A stretch of 64,000 nt of DNA from Octopus bimaculoides (Eukaryota), in the NCBI RefSeq assembly GCF_001194135.2, contig NC_068995.1, positions 20,998,853 to 21,062,852 of the forward strand. Direction: 5' to 3'. Positions within the stretch are counted from its first letter, which is position 1. Each line of letters starts with the position of its first letter. The position numbers and the translations under genes were made by a program. This document shows positions 25,740 through 38,450 of this stretch, in pieces. The notes under the pieces are model-generated. The model had not been told where the DNA came from. It saw only the letters and a program-made list of their open reading frames with translations, and ran no database searches.

Positions 25740-26230
25740 GGACATCTCTTGCCTCTTCCTGTCTCGTGTTAATTATAGTATATTTAGGAAAAGAAATTTA
25801 GTACATTACCTCCACACAAGGATTACATCTATTATCGCCTATTCTAGAAGGTTTTGCTTTACTAATAATTTCTCACGCAATCGAAAATACTTTGTTACTC
25901 TCTTTAAGTGTCCAAATTAGCTTACTAAGTCTGGTAGCATTCTTTTGTCTCTATTTCTAAACGAACTTAAATGATGGGCAATTATCTGCCTTATATAACT
26001 TGTTCTAACTCCTGTATAGAAATATTGTCTACCTTCTGAGTTAATCTTACATCTGTATACGATAGTTTTATGTTTACAATCAGAGTCAAGCGGATAGACC
26101 TTATTCCTTGTACATTTGCATCTAATAGTTCTAATACTTCCATCACTATCATCCACTTCACCTACATAGTTTTTATATTCTCCTGTATATCTTCTAAGCT
26201 GATAGTCCTCTCCACAGAGGCAACACTGTT
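25740..26230 (-). mobile_element. Penelope-like element GIY-YIG endonuclease remnant
   Basis: CKCTRNKVYPLDSDCKHKTIVYRCKINSEGRQYFYTG...HLSSFRN, then after a frameshift NATRLSKLIWTLKE...IISKAKP...RCNPC: the typical PLE endonuclease C-terminus. Confidence 0.8.
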
Positions 26231-26307
26231 AGTACTTTGCCCTTTAGGATTCACACACCACACACATACACCCCCCCCCCCGCACACACACATTTACCTA
26301 TGCAGGA

Positions 26308-26375
26308 AAATGTGTTGTTGAAAATGCAACATTTACGAGTTTTTTAAATTTAGGTGCATTTTCAACAACACATTT
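26308..26375. repeat. Perfect 21-bp inverted repeat with a 26-nt spacer
   Basis: aaatgtgttgttgaaaatgca (26308-26328) and tgcattttcaacaacacattt (26355-26375). Confidence 0.9.
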
Positions 26376-26519
26376 CATATATTTTTCCCTGCGTGGAAAC
26401 ATCACCCCCTCTTTAATAATATATATACATACATACATACATACATAATACATACACACCTATAAATCTAAATACAAAATATCTGTCTATATATCTCTAT
26501 CCATCTCTATATACATATG

Positions 26520-26770
26520 GTGGACTCTCCCGGCGTTAGATGACGTATCGAACAGCCACACATGTTTTGTTTATAGTGATCAAATGTTTGTGTACACATA
26601 AGCTCACATTACCTGTACACGTCCAACGGGTGTCACGTGTCAGATAACGACATGATCGCAGAGCAACGTGAAATGAAGTGGTTTGCTTAAGATCACAACG
26701 TCCGGTCTGGGAATCGAACCCACGATTTCGCAATCGTGACTACAACACCCTAACCACTGAGGCATGTGCC
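26520..26770 (-). mobile_element. tRNA-headed SINE, family D
   Basis: Reverse complement begins ggcacatgcctcagtggttagggtg...gggttcgattcccag, with A-box and B-box-like motifs. Confidence 0.75.
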
Positions 26771-26811
<41 letters not shown>

Positions 26812-28508
26812 TCATATATACCACTCAAGTTGTTTTGTGAAGTTGTCTAATCTTATTTACAAAGGCGAAAATTATAATTGCATACAAGCCCAAAGATCGA
26901 AACACTCAAATTTGCATATACTGAGTTGTTATTTGATAACTAATCGATTTATTGTAAAATTAGTAATTATTATTATATGACTAACAAAAATTACAATCGG
27001 TTTCATCGATTTCCTTAAAATATATTAATATTTCAACGAATATTTTACGTCTTTTTGACTAATATATTTTCGATCGATATTTCTATAAACCAAGTTACTT
27101 TACTATGACAGTGAGTTTGGAGAATAATTTTAGTTTTCGACTTCATACGTTTGGCCAACGTAGATTTCGAAGAAAATTCTTTCCGGAAATAATCTTAAAG
27201 TACCAAAATCGGATTCATTTTTGAAAATATTTTTGACAAAATAAACCCGATAAAACTGAATAGTAACCGAAACAACTGGCAATTGAACTAAAATATCTGA
27301 TTCAGCTAAGATATGTAGCTCGTAAGTTCTTCCTGTTTAACTGTAAGGATGGTGAAATCGTTATGCTATCTTCGCCAAATTGAATGGTGGGCATTGCATA
27401 TGAGGTGTTTTGTAACAGAGTGTCGTAAGCGCCATCCTGGCCGTTGTCGAGGTTAGTATATCATTTTCTTTGTCACGACGTCTAGAATCCGAAAAAGTTG
27501 GGAGGAAGAACCGGTGAGGTTTGCAATAAGGTCGGAAATCCGGCTGAAAAAAATTGTACCTCGACGCTATTGACACGACACTCGCTCACCCGAACTCAGA
27601 CCAGAGAGTTTAGTAACACACCATCGTAAGCACACATGCTCAATCAATAACTTTAGTGTGGTCCCTATATCGTTTTCCGAGTTGCTATGATCCATTCATT
27701 AATATTACCATCGTAACGATAATGGGCTATTAATCGTTCTATATTGTCTTACTTACTTCTTACTTTGGTATATTAAAACACAAACAATACCTTTGGTGGA
27801 GGTCTCTATATTTAGCATAGGTATTATGGCTAAAATATTGAGTGCGATTCACCGTTTCGTAGTATCGGTATATTCTACAAAATGAGAATGAAGCAGTCAT
27901 TGCTTCATCTTTCAGATGTATACATAAATAAATAGTGGTTAGAAAAGGTCTTCACAGTCATTTTAAGCTTTCTAACTTCATTCCTTGCCGAGATGTCGCA
28001 TTCTGAAAGTCCCGTAACTTTGCGTTTTTCTCGGTTTTTAAATTGTGGCGCTTACGTCGGTCTGTTACTAAAGGCCTCATATAGGAAAATTACATACAGG
28101 GAAAACTGAAAAGCGGAATGTGAAAATACACTAACAGGAAAATAAAAATATATGATAGCGAATAAATAAAATGTAAAATTTATAATAAACAAAATGCAAA
28201 ATAACGGGCATAGATGAAAATGGCGTAAGAAAACAATATTACGAAGGAAGAACAATACGTAGGTGCAAGAAAATGTTTGACACTATATATATGTGTGTGC
28301 AATTATGTTCATGTGTGTATATATAAACGCACATACACATATACATATATATATATGAGGGTTTTTTAACATATTTTTATATTTATATATATATATATAT
28401 ATGTGGATGTATGTGTGTGTGTGTGTATGTGTGTGTGTGTGTATGTGTTTATGACTTGTGAACTTTGCTTGTTTGTGTATGCGTACATATGCATGTGAGC
28501 GTGCACGT

Positions 28509-28645
28509 GTGTGCGCGCATGAACGTGTGCGCGCGCATGAACGTGTGTGCGCGCATGAACGTGTGTGCGCGCATGAACGTGTGCGCGCGCATGAACGTGT
28601 GCGCGCGCATGAACGTGTGTGCGCGTATGAACGTGTGTGCGCGTG
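28509..28645. repeat. 18-bp minisatellite, 7 copies of ATGAACGTGTG(T/C)GCGCGC
   Basis: atgaac recurs at 28519, 28537, 28555, 28573, 28591, 28609 and 28627. Confidence 0.95.
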
Positions 28646-29967
28646 TGTACGGGTGCACACGCGGATGCCTGTATGTAAGTAATAGCGTTCTTTTTGCTAA
28701 AACTTTTACAATTTTGTTCGGTTGTTTGTAATTGTGAAATTTTTTCGCCATGAACGGTTTGTGTTTTTAAACCGAATGTATTTTTTCTGAGGTTATATTT
28801 ATTCCTGAATGATGTGTAAAGAAATTTTGATTTATTAAGTCTCTTAATGAATTCTTTATACTGAAATATATATTGAAGAAGATAAATATGTTCATTTGAA
28901 TATATACGTTTTTGCGTCATAACTCCTTTATTATTATTAATATAACCAAAAGGATCGATTCTTGAAGAGTCTGCATACCTNNNNNNNNNNNNNNNNNNNN
29001 NNNNNNNNNNNNNNNNNNNNNNNNNNNNNNNNNNNNNNNNNNNNNNNNNNNNNNNNNNNNNNNNNNNNNNNNNNNNNNNNNNNNNNNNNNNNNNNNNNNN
29101 NNNNNNNNNNNNNNNNNNNNNNNNNNNNNNNNNNNNNNNNNNNNNNNNNNNNNNNNNNNNNNNNNNNNNNNNNNNNNNNNNNNNNNNNNNNNNNNNNNNN
29201 NNNNNNNNNNNNNNNNNNNNNNNNNNNNNNNNNNNNNNNNNNNNNNNNNNNNNNNNNNNNNNNNNNNNNNNNNNNNNNNNNNNNNNNNNNNNNNNNNNNN
29301 NNNNNNNNNNNNNNNNNNNNNNNNNNNNNNNNNNNNNNNNNNNNNNNNNNNNNNNNNNNNNNNNNNNNNNNNNNNNNNNNNNNNNNNNNNNNNNNNNNNN
29401 NNNNNNNNNNNNNNNNNNNNNNNNNNNNNNNNNNNNNNNNNNNNNNNNNNNNNNNNNNNNNNNNNNNNNNNNNNNNNNNNNNNNNNNNNNNNNNNNNNNN
29501 NNNNNNNNNNNNNNNNNNNNNNNNNNNNNNNNNNNNNNNNNNNNNNNNNNNNNNNNNNNNNNNNNNNNNNNNNNNNNNNNNNNNNNNNNNNNNNNNNNNN
29601 NNNNNNNNNNNNNNNNNNNNNNNNNNNNNNNNNNNNNNNNNNNNNNNNNNNNNNNNNNNNNNNNNNNNNNNNNNNNNNNNNNNNNNNNNNNNNNNNNNNN
29701 NNNNNNNNNNNNNNNNNNNNNNNNNNNNNNNNNNNNNNNNNNNNNNNNNNNNNNNNNNNNNNNNNNNNNNNNNNNNNNNNNNNNNNNNNNNNNNNNNNNN
29801 NNNNNNNNNNNNNNNNNNNNNNNNNNNNNNNNNNNNNNNNNNNNNNNNNNNNNNNNNNNNNNNNNNNNNNNNNNNNNNNNNNNNNNNNNNNNNNNNNNNN
29901 NNNNNNNNNNNNNNNNNNNNNNNNNNNNNNNNNNNNNNNNNNNNNNNNNNNNNNNNNNNNNNNNNNN

Positions 29968-30010
<43 letters not shown>

Positions 30011-30475
30011 GAATAGATATTCACATCGACTGGACAGCTGATCCATATGACGGTACATAACATTTCTTGCCTTCCCAAACGACGAAATTCCTGTTATGCT
30101 TGCATTAAGTGTAAGTTTTTATGGGAATATTCCACCGATAGTCCGTTTGTTGATGTTTGAATACGCATTCAACAGGAGGAGTCCTCTACATTTATCCTAG
30201 CTCAGTCTTGTTTTCAGGTGGCATTGTATAATGTCTTAGCGACGATGACATCGTATAATGTCTTACGACGTTTGCCAGTTGCTGAAAAAATTACCTTAAT
30301 GTGCTAATCAACATTTTCTAACCTCATATTTAATGTTGTCTTCAAAGGAATATTGCATTTCGGGTTGCATTTTGGGACTCTAAGGACATTACTGTATCTG
30401 TATCTTTGTTATCATTATCATTTAGTTATCTCTATATTCATTCTTCCACTCACAGTTATGTGAATCAAGACTGTA

Positions 30476-30569
<94 letters not shown>

Positions 30570-33500
30570 TGGGAGTTCTAGGGTTTTCAGGAGTGTAGAA
30601 AATCTCTTAGACACACTTGTTTTCAGGTCGACATTGACTCAGAGTAGTAACGCTAGTGAGGGCCCCAACTATGGGTGCTAGCATATGTGATGACAATATA
30701 TCTGAGAGTGAGAATGAAGAAATACACTTGGTTGGAGTCAGTGTACGCAGTAACACCGGGAGCGAGTGACTCCAAGCATTTGTCAACAACATCCTTCAAG
30801 GAGAAGAGCAATCCGATACAGAATCTGTGGTTTCACGTGGGCACATTAAAAAATAAATTATGTCTTTTGGTATCAATATTGCTTTGGCCTATTTTGGTCA
30901 GTGAAATTGAAAATGCCCCCAAACTGACTAAAACAAACAAAACGCTTGAGAAAGATGACATTACATGAGGATGTTAAGATGCAGTGGTGAAGATCAATGG
31001 AACATCCTCGTTCTACGCTTCAATCGTTAGCTGAAGATGGGTAAAATAGCCTCACTGTGGAGAAAGTGAAATACCATCTTGCTTGTCAAGAACGATGACA
31101 AAGAAAATTTTAATAAAAATAGAACTATCACTCCTTATATCTCTTGTCTCACATGCTTATGAAGGTCATAGTCACTAGATTATCGAAACATCTCGAAGAT
31201 CAACAGCTAAGAAAGCAAGCAGGCTTCCGTAGGTACTAATGTACGATAGATCACATATTCACTATAACACAACTCATAGAATGAGAGAATAAATATAAGT
31301 GTCTTCTGTATATAGCTTTTTCTTTTCCCCTTTATTTTCTGTTTTCATTATCCTTCTACATTTTACGTACACCTTCCTCTCGTTTTCTCTCGTGATTTCT
31401 CTTGTTCTATTTTGCTGATTTGTATCTTATGTTAACCATAAGCTCAAATCCAGAAGACTGCTTCAAAAGCTATCTGCACCGTATAACTGTATGTATAGGC
31501 GCAGCATCTCCGAACATTTAAGAAGTAAGCTTAGCAATCATAAGGTCATGCGTTCTATACTTTGTGCGGTAACTTTTGCTGCACCCTCGAAGCGTCTCAC
31601 CCCTTGCAGGTTAAACAGAATAAGTTGAAACTCTACTGGAGCCCGTTGGATAGTAGATATCTATAATTCTAACTCCCAGCCATGCCACTCTCTAATTCGC
31701 ATTGAGAGCTACGCTAAACATACTTGTATCTATCAAATACTCAGCTGCTTCACTCTAATTCCTAAAGTAAGTCATTTGATCGCATAACTGAATAATCATC
31801 GTGGAAATCGACGGACAACCAATTCATATCTGTATCCATGTACATTTTTTCTCAGAGAAGAGAATTTCCAGACTTATTTCATGTTTGAAATATAGTTTTC
31901 ATATCAACAATAATTTTAGCCATAATTTTCGTAAATAATTAATTTATTTCAAAATATGAACGATGAAATATGCCAAAGAAACTCGTTACTTTTCTTCTTC
32001 TTGTTCCTTTCTCTTCCATCATCTTTTCAATCTCCTATTTGCTTTATTTTATCCCTCTGCCTCTACCTTTATATGGTCATTTAAAGAGCTCTAAAGATCA
32101 AAGATGGGATCCCAGATTTAGATGAATATATCGTGTGTTACTAGTAACCAGTTAACAGCGCTGAAACAACCCTTTTGAATGAGTCTCCTTTGAGAAAAGA
32201 ACAAGAGATGTTTTTCTAATGATGGAGAAATTAAATGCTTTCCACGTTCTCTTTGTTATTGTCAAATGAATAATTATAGTTATAAAACCGAAAGAGATGA
32301 CACACAAAACGATCAAAAAGAAGTAAAGAACACTTCAGGGCGATGAAAGTGATAGGAATTCTTTTAAAACAGCAAAGCCAGGTGATTCAATTCATTTTCG
32401 AACTAGGAGTACAAGCTTGAGATGATTGATCTTCAATTTATTATTGATTTCTCTCATAAGGGTGCTAAAGCTGAGTGATAGAAAAGGCCGATGCTTTAAA
32501 TGCATAACTGTAATTTAATGTTCTTCTTCACAGCACTAAATTCAAATTACCATTGGCCTCAATTTGCCCTTAATGAGCCAACGTGGGAGTCTTTAAGTGG
32601 CCATTCGCCTATCAAGAAATAGCATACAGATCTCATTCGAATCATACCCTACTTTCTTAAAGTGTCTGGGATCACTAAAATTAGAATCTGCATGAGTCAT
32701 CTTTTCTTGATTCTAAACCCTGATAGCCTCATACGGGTGACTTTGTAATATATTACATTTTTTGGGCATTTAATCTAAGCGAAAATATTCATCTCCAGGT
32801 GTGAATTCAATCAACACTTTCCAGAGTATAAGACTAAAAGTGTGAAAGAGAGAAAGAACACTGATACTTTATTTGTAGGACAACAGGATATGAGGAAAGG
32901 CAGCGTTGACGTCTTCGATATTTGAACTCAGGGAAAATAAACATGGAAGAAATGCTTCAATGCATTCTACGCCATCAAAACTCTACCCCGTTGGCCGCAT
33001 TATAACAATGGTACGCCTTCTGTTATGGATTTGAAACTCTGTGCTTAAGTAAGAACATATTCTTGTTGTTAGCCGTATATGCTTTTAATGTCGTTCTATA
33101 GCACACTTTAACACACTCTCATTGAGCCGAAGAATTCTCAAAAATTATGAGCATGATAGTTTTGGTCATTTTGTGTTTAGAAACTCTGTCAAAAATGAGT
33201 CCTGTCTTGTTTATGTCATCAGCTGGTTACTATACTGCTTAGGCAGCTGCTAATCATCGAGGAATGAGCAACTTACGACTAAAGAAATTCGAACTGCGAC
33301 TGTTCTTTGCCTTTCTTTGTCCCATGTTATGCAACGTTTCAGTTGTAAGATGATAGAGCATTGTCTAATGGAATTTTCAATGCTATTCCTGGCAGGACGA
33401 GCGACCATGTAGTGATTAACTTGTGAATTTGATTTCAGTGACCTGACTATCTGATGACATAATCTGATTATATGTTATTACACTATGTGACTGGTATCAT

Positions 33501-33824
33501 TGCTAATGAAAGACGCGTAAAGATGCATTGAATAACCGTTAAAATTCATCGCCACACTTCCTTTCAATTTGTAATCTGTATTCGAAATATCAGTATGATA
33601 TAATACTAAGGGACAGAATAATAATTAGCTTGCTTCATACACATTCAATTTTTGAAGTGTAAACGAAAACATTCAATGCTAAATCTTAGTTATATGCCGT
33701 AATCAATATACCACAACACAGAGTATACGATGCTGGAGAATAAGCGCAAAATTCCATCAACCACATAACAGAGAAAACATAGTTACAACTTGGAGGAAAA
33801 TAAATTTTAATAAACAATACTTAC

Positions 33825-33838
33825 TAAAACAATAGTTA
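33825..33838 (-). other. Candidate 14-nt micro-exon TAACTATTGTTTTA
   Basis: Acceptor tctgtattgattttgttttag and donor gtaagt. Confidence 0.3.
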
Positions 33839-33985
33839 CTAAAACAAAATCAATACAGAAAACTCTTTGAAGAAAATGTATATCCAAACAACGTAAGAAC
33901 TATAAAAAAAAGACCCAATGGAATCGCACTTGAGACCACACACACACATATATATATATANNNNNNNNNNCAAACACACACACAC

Positions 33986-34016
<31 letters not shown>

Positions 34017-34728
34017 TACACACACGCACACACGCACACACACATATATATATATATATATATGGTGGGGATGCATATAGTCTTATTGCTGTGAGGGAAA
34101 GCTGACTTATACGCATGTAAAATTCTTTACGCTTATAAATATATAAAACTCTACCATATGCATATATAGGTGCATATATAGGTGAATATATAGGCGTGCT
34201 TGTATGAAGTTATGTATGCTTCTATGCATATATACATAATATATATAGATATGTATATGTGTATTTGGTTTTATAATTATACAAATATAAGAGCGGGTGT
34301 ATATGTGTGTAATTGTGTATACATCTGTATGATATAATATATGGATAAGCGTGTGTCATAATTAGATATCTCGCTAGAATGTAATACGATCGCACTGCAC
34401 CACATATATACAATTATCAATATACATATATATATATATATATATGCAGTATATCTATGTATCTATATATATATGTATATATGTTTATCATTAGTTTCGC
34501 AGACAAATATTTCCTAACATATTGAGTGAGAGTCATAACTTTCTTTTATATAAGTATTTACGTGCTTATTGATATAATAAATGAATAGGCAGAGACCACA
34601 TATCAATCGATAAATCAACGTGCACGTTTCATTAAAGCTCATGTCAATATAAACAATTGATCCTCCATAAACAATGCCCATTCAACTTCCTCCAGTACAG
34701 GTCAGGATAACCGTTTTGTTTATTTTAG

Positions 34729-34770
<42 letters not shown>

Positions 34771-34832
34771 ATTACATGTGCACACACACAAATCCATACC
34801 TCTACATAATATTGAGACACAGAAACGTTTAC

Positions 34833-34961
34833 AAATTCTCAAATTTCGTGTAGGAGAATTATTATTGCCTACAAGATGAATGCAATTGGGCGCACAAGAA
34901 ATTATCAGTGATGATTTGTTAATGTAACCAGTAAATGTACACCTCCTAATTTTTGCTTCAC
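34833..34961 (-). CDS. Candidate 129-nt exon (phase 1-1), (G)EAKIRRCTFTGYINKSSLIISCAPNCIHLVGNNNSPTRNLRI
   Basis: Acceptor ctatttatgtttctag, weaker donor gtaaac, open and a multiple of 3. No family recognised. Confidence 0.25.
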
Positions 34962-35859
34962 CTAGAAACATAAATAGCTGTCCTGAATCCTAGGTTATGT
35001 AAAGGGGCCATATGTAACACTTTTATGGGTTCTGATCCATTACTAAAAGATAGACATAGTCTCACATACACAGACACGCGTGTACACACCCCACACACAT
35101 ATTCATATATACATACATGCATACATACATACATACATGCATACGTACGTACATACATACATATATATNNNNNNNNNNNNNNNNNNNNNNNNNNNNNNNN
35201 NNNNNNNNNNNNNNNNNNNNNNNNNNNNNNNNNNNNNNNNNNNNNNNNNNNNNNNNNNNNNNNNNNNNNNNNNNNNNNNNNNNNNNNNNNNNNNNNNNNN
35301 NNNNNNNNNNNNNNNNNNNNNNNNNNNNNNNNNNNNNNNNNNNNNNNNNNNNNNNNNNNNNNNNNNNNNNNNNNNNNNNNNNNNNNNNNNNNNNNNNNNN
35401 NNNNNNNNNNNNNNNNNNNNNNNNNNNNNNNNNNNNNNNNNNNNNNNNNNNNNNNNNNNNNNNNNNNNNNNNNNNNNNNNNNNNNNNNNNNNNNNNNNNN
35501 NNNNNNNNNNNNNNNNNNNNNNNNNNNNNNNNNNNNNNNNNNNNNNNNNNNNNNNNNNNNNNNNNNNNNNNNNNNNNNNNNNNNNNNNNNNNNNNNNNNN
35601 NNNNNNNNNNNNNNNNNNNNNNNNNNNNNNNNNNNNNNNNNNNNNNNNNNNNNNNNNNNNNNNNNNNNNNNNNNNNNNNNNNNNNNNNNNNNNNNNNNNN
35701 NNNNNNNNNNNNNNNNNNNNNNNNNNNNATACATATATATATATATGCAAGTTATTCGGGCTGGATTTGATAGTTTGTGTAAAAGGACAAGGAAAAAATA
35801 TATCCCATCTAAAATTAAACTTACTGAAAAAATTTTAAAAATATCAACTAGATTATGGC

Positions 35860-36230
35860 TTAGAGATAACAATTTATTCAAAGTAGCCGCTCTCAGCTTC
35901 GGCCATAGCCGCAGCTCGGCTTCTGAAAGTTCGCATACAGCCGTCACTGTGTCTCTAGACAGATCTTCGAATAGCTTCTGCTCTATGTCCCAAGCTCGGC
36001 ATCCGTGCTGCACACAAAGGGGTTCGTGCCTTTCTCAAGCGCGTTCCAGGCATGGTAATCCATTAGATTGCAATCGGGGAAATTATGAAGCTTAACATTG
36101 GGTCTGATAATGTCGTAGAAATTATCCTCTAACCACTTCTGAATCTTTCCGGGCGTATAGCCCAGAGCCGAAACATTCTGCCACATATATGGCCTTCCAA
36201 GGATTGACCACAGTCTCTTGCAAGATCACA
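35860..36230 (-). mobile_element. maT/DD37D-type transposase, C-terminal remnant
   Basis: WQNVSALGYTPGKIQKWLEDNFYDII...PDCNLMDYHAWNALEKGTN...LFEDLSRDTV resembles WQQDSAPCHT...SPDCNPMDY. Confidence 0.8.
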
Positions 36231-36239
36231 TAACCGTCT

Positions 36240-36720
36240 GAACTGAAACTAAAGCCCTGTTAAAAGATGTGGGGATGAATTCCAGCGTGTCCAGCCAAGT
36301 GTAATGACTGCTTTCTTCCTTTCTGCTGGCGAATACTTTGTTGCCTCTTTCAGTTGTTTGTTTCACGTCTAACTACCTTTAGTGTAACAGATCTTTGAGC
36401 AGCAGTTATGTTGTCGGCATTTTCATACACCGCGATAGAAGTGAGTCCTTTCCAATATTCAGAGTTCCAGCCCTTCTTGTCAGCTAAAATTTTTCTCAAC
36501 TCTAAGTTTGATCTTCAAGGCGTCCAACATCGTTGACTGTTCAACTTTTCATATCTGATTGTTCAACTACTCTTTATTGTAATAACTACCAACAGAGTAT
36601 TGGTACACTCCTTTTTTCTTCTAATGTTCCTCCACCCGAGCCCGCTGGATTAAATATTAGAAGGATAAGTGGGTGTCTTTTTATGCCCGTGACTACATAG
36701 ACAACTAAAATAATGTAAAG
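36240..36720 (-). mobile_element. Degenerate RTE-like LINE 3' remnant
   Basis: Frameshifted fragments including LHLAGH of the RT C-terminal region. Confidence 0.35.
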
Positions 36721-36832
36721 AAATCATGCAACATTCTTCTAAGTCGTTTTGACTTGTGAGGAGTAGCGGAGTAACGATTATGTTTTAACGTTGCTGACTC
36801 TCAAAGTGTGTGTGTGTGTGTGTGTATGTGTG

Positions 36833-36877
<45 letters not shown>

Positions 36878-36879
<2 letters not shown>

Positions 36880-37330
36880 TGCTATGGGTAAATTGTCGCC
36901 ATTTTATATTTTTAATTTTGCGCAGGTGCATTGTTTGTTTTCAATTTTGTGCACTACACAGTATAGTAAGGACAGTCGGACACCGTCTTTGAGAAAAACA
37001 GCACTATGACGCAATTCATTCTGCTGGAAATTGGTAGTGCATGAAAACATTCGGTATTCCTCATACAAGATGAGAAAGCGCCAATTTCTATCTCAAGCCA
37101 TCAAAGTCAGGAGGAAAAACCACGCTACGGAAATTTTTAACAAATTTAAGTATACCCACCAACTGAACATGCTTTGGTTTTTCTCAGACGAGAAAAATTT
37201 CTGTCAGAATCAGATGGTAAACGCACTTAGAAATCGTTGGCTTGCCGTGTCCCCAAAACGTATAGAAAGAGTGGTAAAAATCAAACATCCAGTTAACAGC
37301 CTCGTGTTAGGAGTGATCACTAAGGACAAG
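36878..37330 (+). mobile_element. maT/DD37D-type element, left end and N-terminal transposase half
   Basis: HENIRYSSYKMRKRQFLSQ...NMLWFFSDEKNFCQNQMVN...NRWLA...KHPVNSLVLGVIT with the first catalytic D in SDEK. Begins after a (TA)n tract. Confidence 0.85.
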
Positions 37331-37365
37331 CAAAACATTTGGCGTTATTCTACATCATAATAAAG

Positions 37366-38240
37366 TACAAATCAATAATTACCCGGACTGTTGCCATAGT
37401 AACGAAGCTGAAGCATGCAGAGTAAATCCGCTAGACATAAATTGACCTTAAATGCTGCTGTGCATGCGCACTAAGTTTTAATATTTTAGTTAACTTCCGT
37501 TGTTTACAGCAGTACTTGGAAGGAACGTGTGTAGCGTGTTATCGTCGCATTGACCATGCCAGAGGAAGATATCATGGTGATACCTGCTCAGAAACCTACG
37601 TAAAGTTGCAGAAAGTGTATGGAGAGTAGTGTATAAGACAAATACATGCGTATAAGTGGTTCAGACGTTCTGAAGAAAGCCAAAAATATGTCGATATTGA
37701 CGAACGTTCTGAGAGACCCGCGACCAGCAGAAATGAGAAAAACATCGCAGATGCTCGTGTGGCTGTGAGGGGAAATCGTCGAATCACCATCCGTGAGTTA
37801 TCAGAGGATGTGCAGATTAGTCAGGGTTCAGTTCAGTTCATTATCATTGAAGATTTGGGTATGAGACGCGTGCCTGCCAAGTTTGTACCAAAATTGCTTT
37901 CAGTTGACCAAGAAGACACTTGGGTTTCAGTTGCACAAAATCTACTTGATAGTATCGAGAACGATGAAAATTTTTTAAAACTTTGCATGTCTGAGCAGAT
38001 ATCGCCAAACCTTTGGAAAAAATTTGATGCAGATTCTCTGCTCAGCTTTCTGTGTCATAATAAATGCGACGATCATATGCTACACACCTTCCTTCCAAGC
38101 ACTGCTGTAAACAGCGAATGTAAACTAGAACGTTAAAAGATAGTGCGCATGCATAGCAGAAGATAGTGCGCATGCATAGTAGAGGGCAATGTGATTCTGT
38201 GCCAAGCGGCATCACTCTACGTGCTTTAGCTTCGTTACTA
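37366..38240 (+). mobile_element. Internally deleted mariner with long inverted repeats
   Basis: SETYVKLQKVYGE...KWFRR...DERSERP...GNRRITIRELSEDVQIS...LGMRRVPAKFVPKLLS. Imperfect inverted repeats 37397-37554 and 38061-38240. Confidence 0.9.
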
Positions 38241-38370
38241 TATATCTATATAGTTGAAATTTGTAGAAAAACAAACGACGAAGATAGGTGTACGAACAAC
38301 AAGCAAGTGTATTAATTGACGCTCGGGAAAAATGAAAAAGTATATTGTAATAGAAAGGAATAAAAAATAG

Positions 38371-38450
<80 letters not shown>

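Noticed and set aside
26697-26770. tRNA-like sequence
   Set aside because: It is a SINE head with A/B boxes continuing into a SINE body; no complete cloverleaf.
27845-27915. CTGAAAGA, an 8-bp hairpin and GAAAC on the minus strand
   Set aside because: The spacing does not fit a hammerhead core and there is no NUH triplet or helix I.
28509-28645. Regularly spaced repeats as a possible CRISPR array
   Set aside because: The units are contiguous with no unique spacers and the context is eukaryotic.
30570-31130. Possible DNA-transposon ORF remnant (KVKYHLAC-like motif)
   Set aside because: Too degenerate and stop-ridden to assign to a family.
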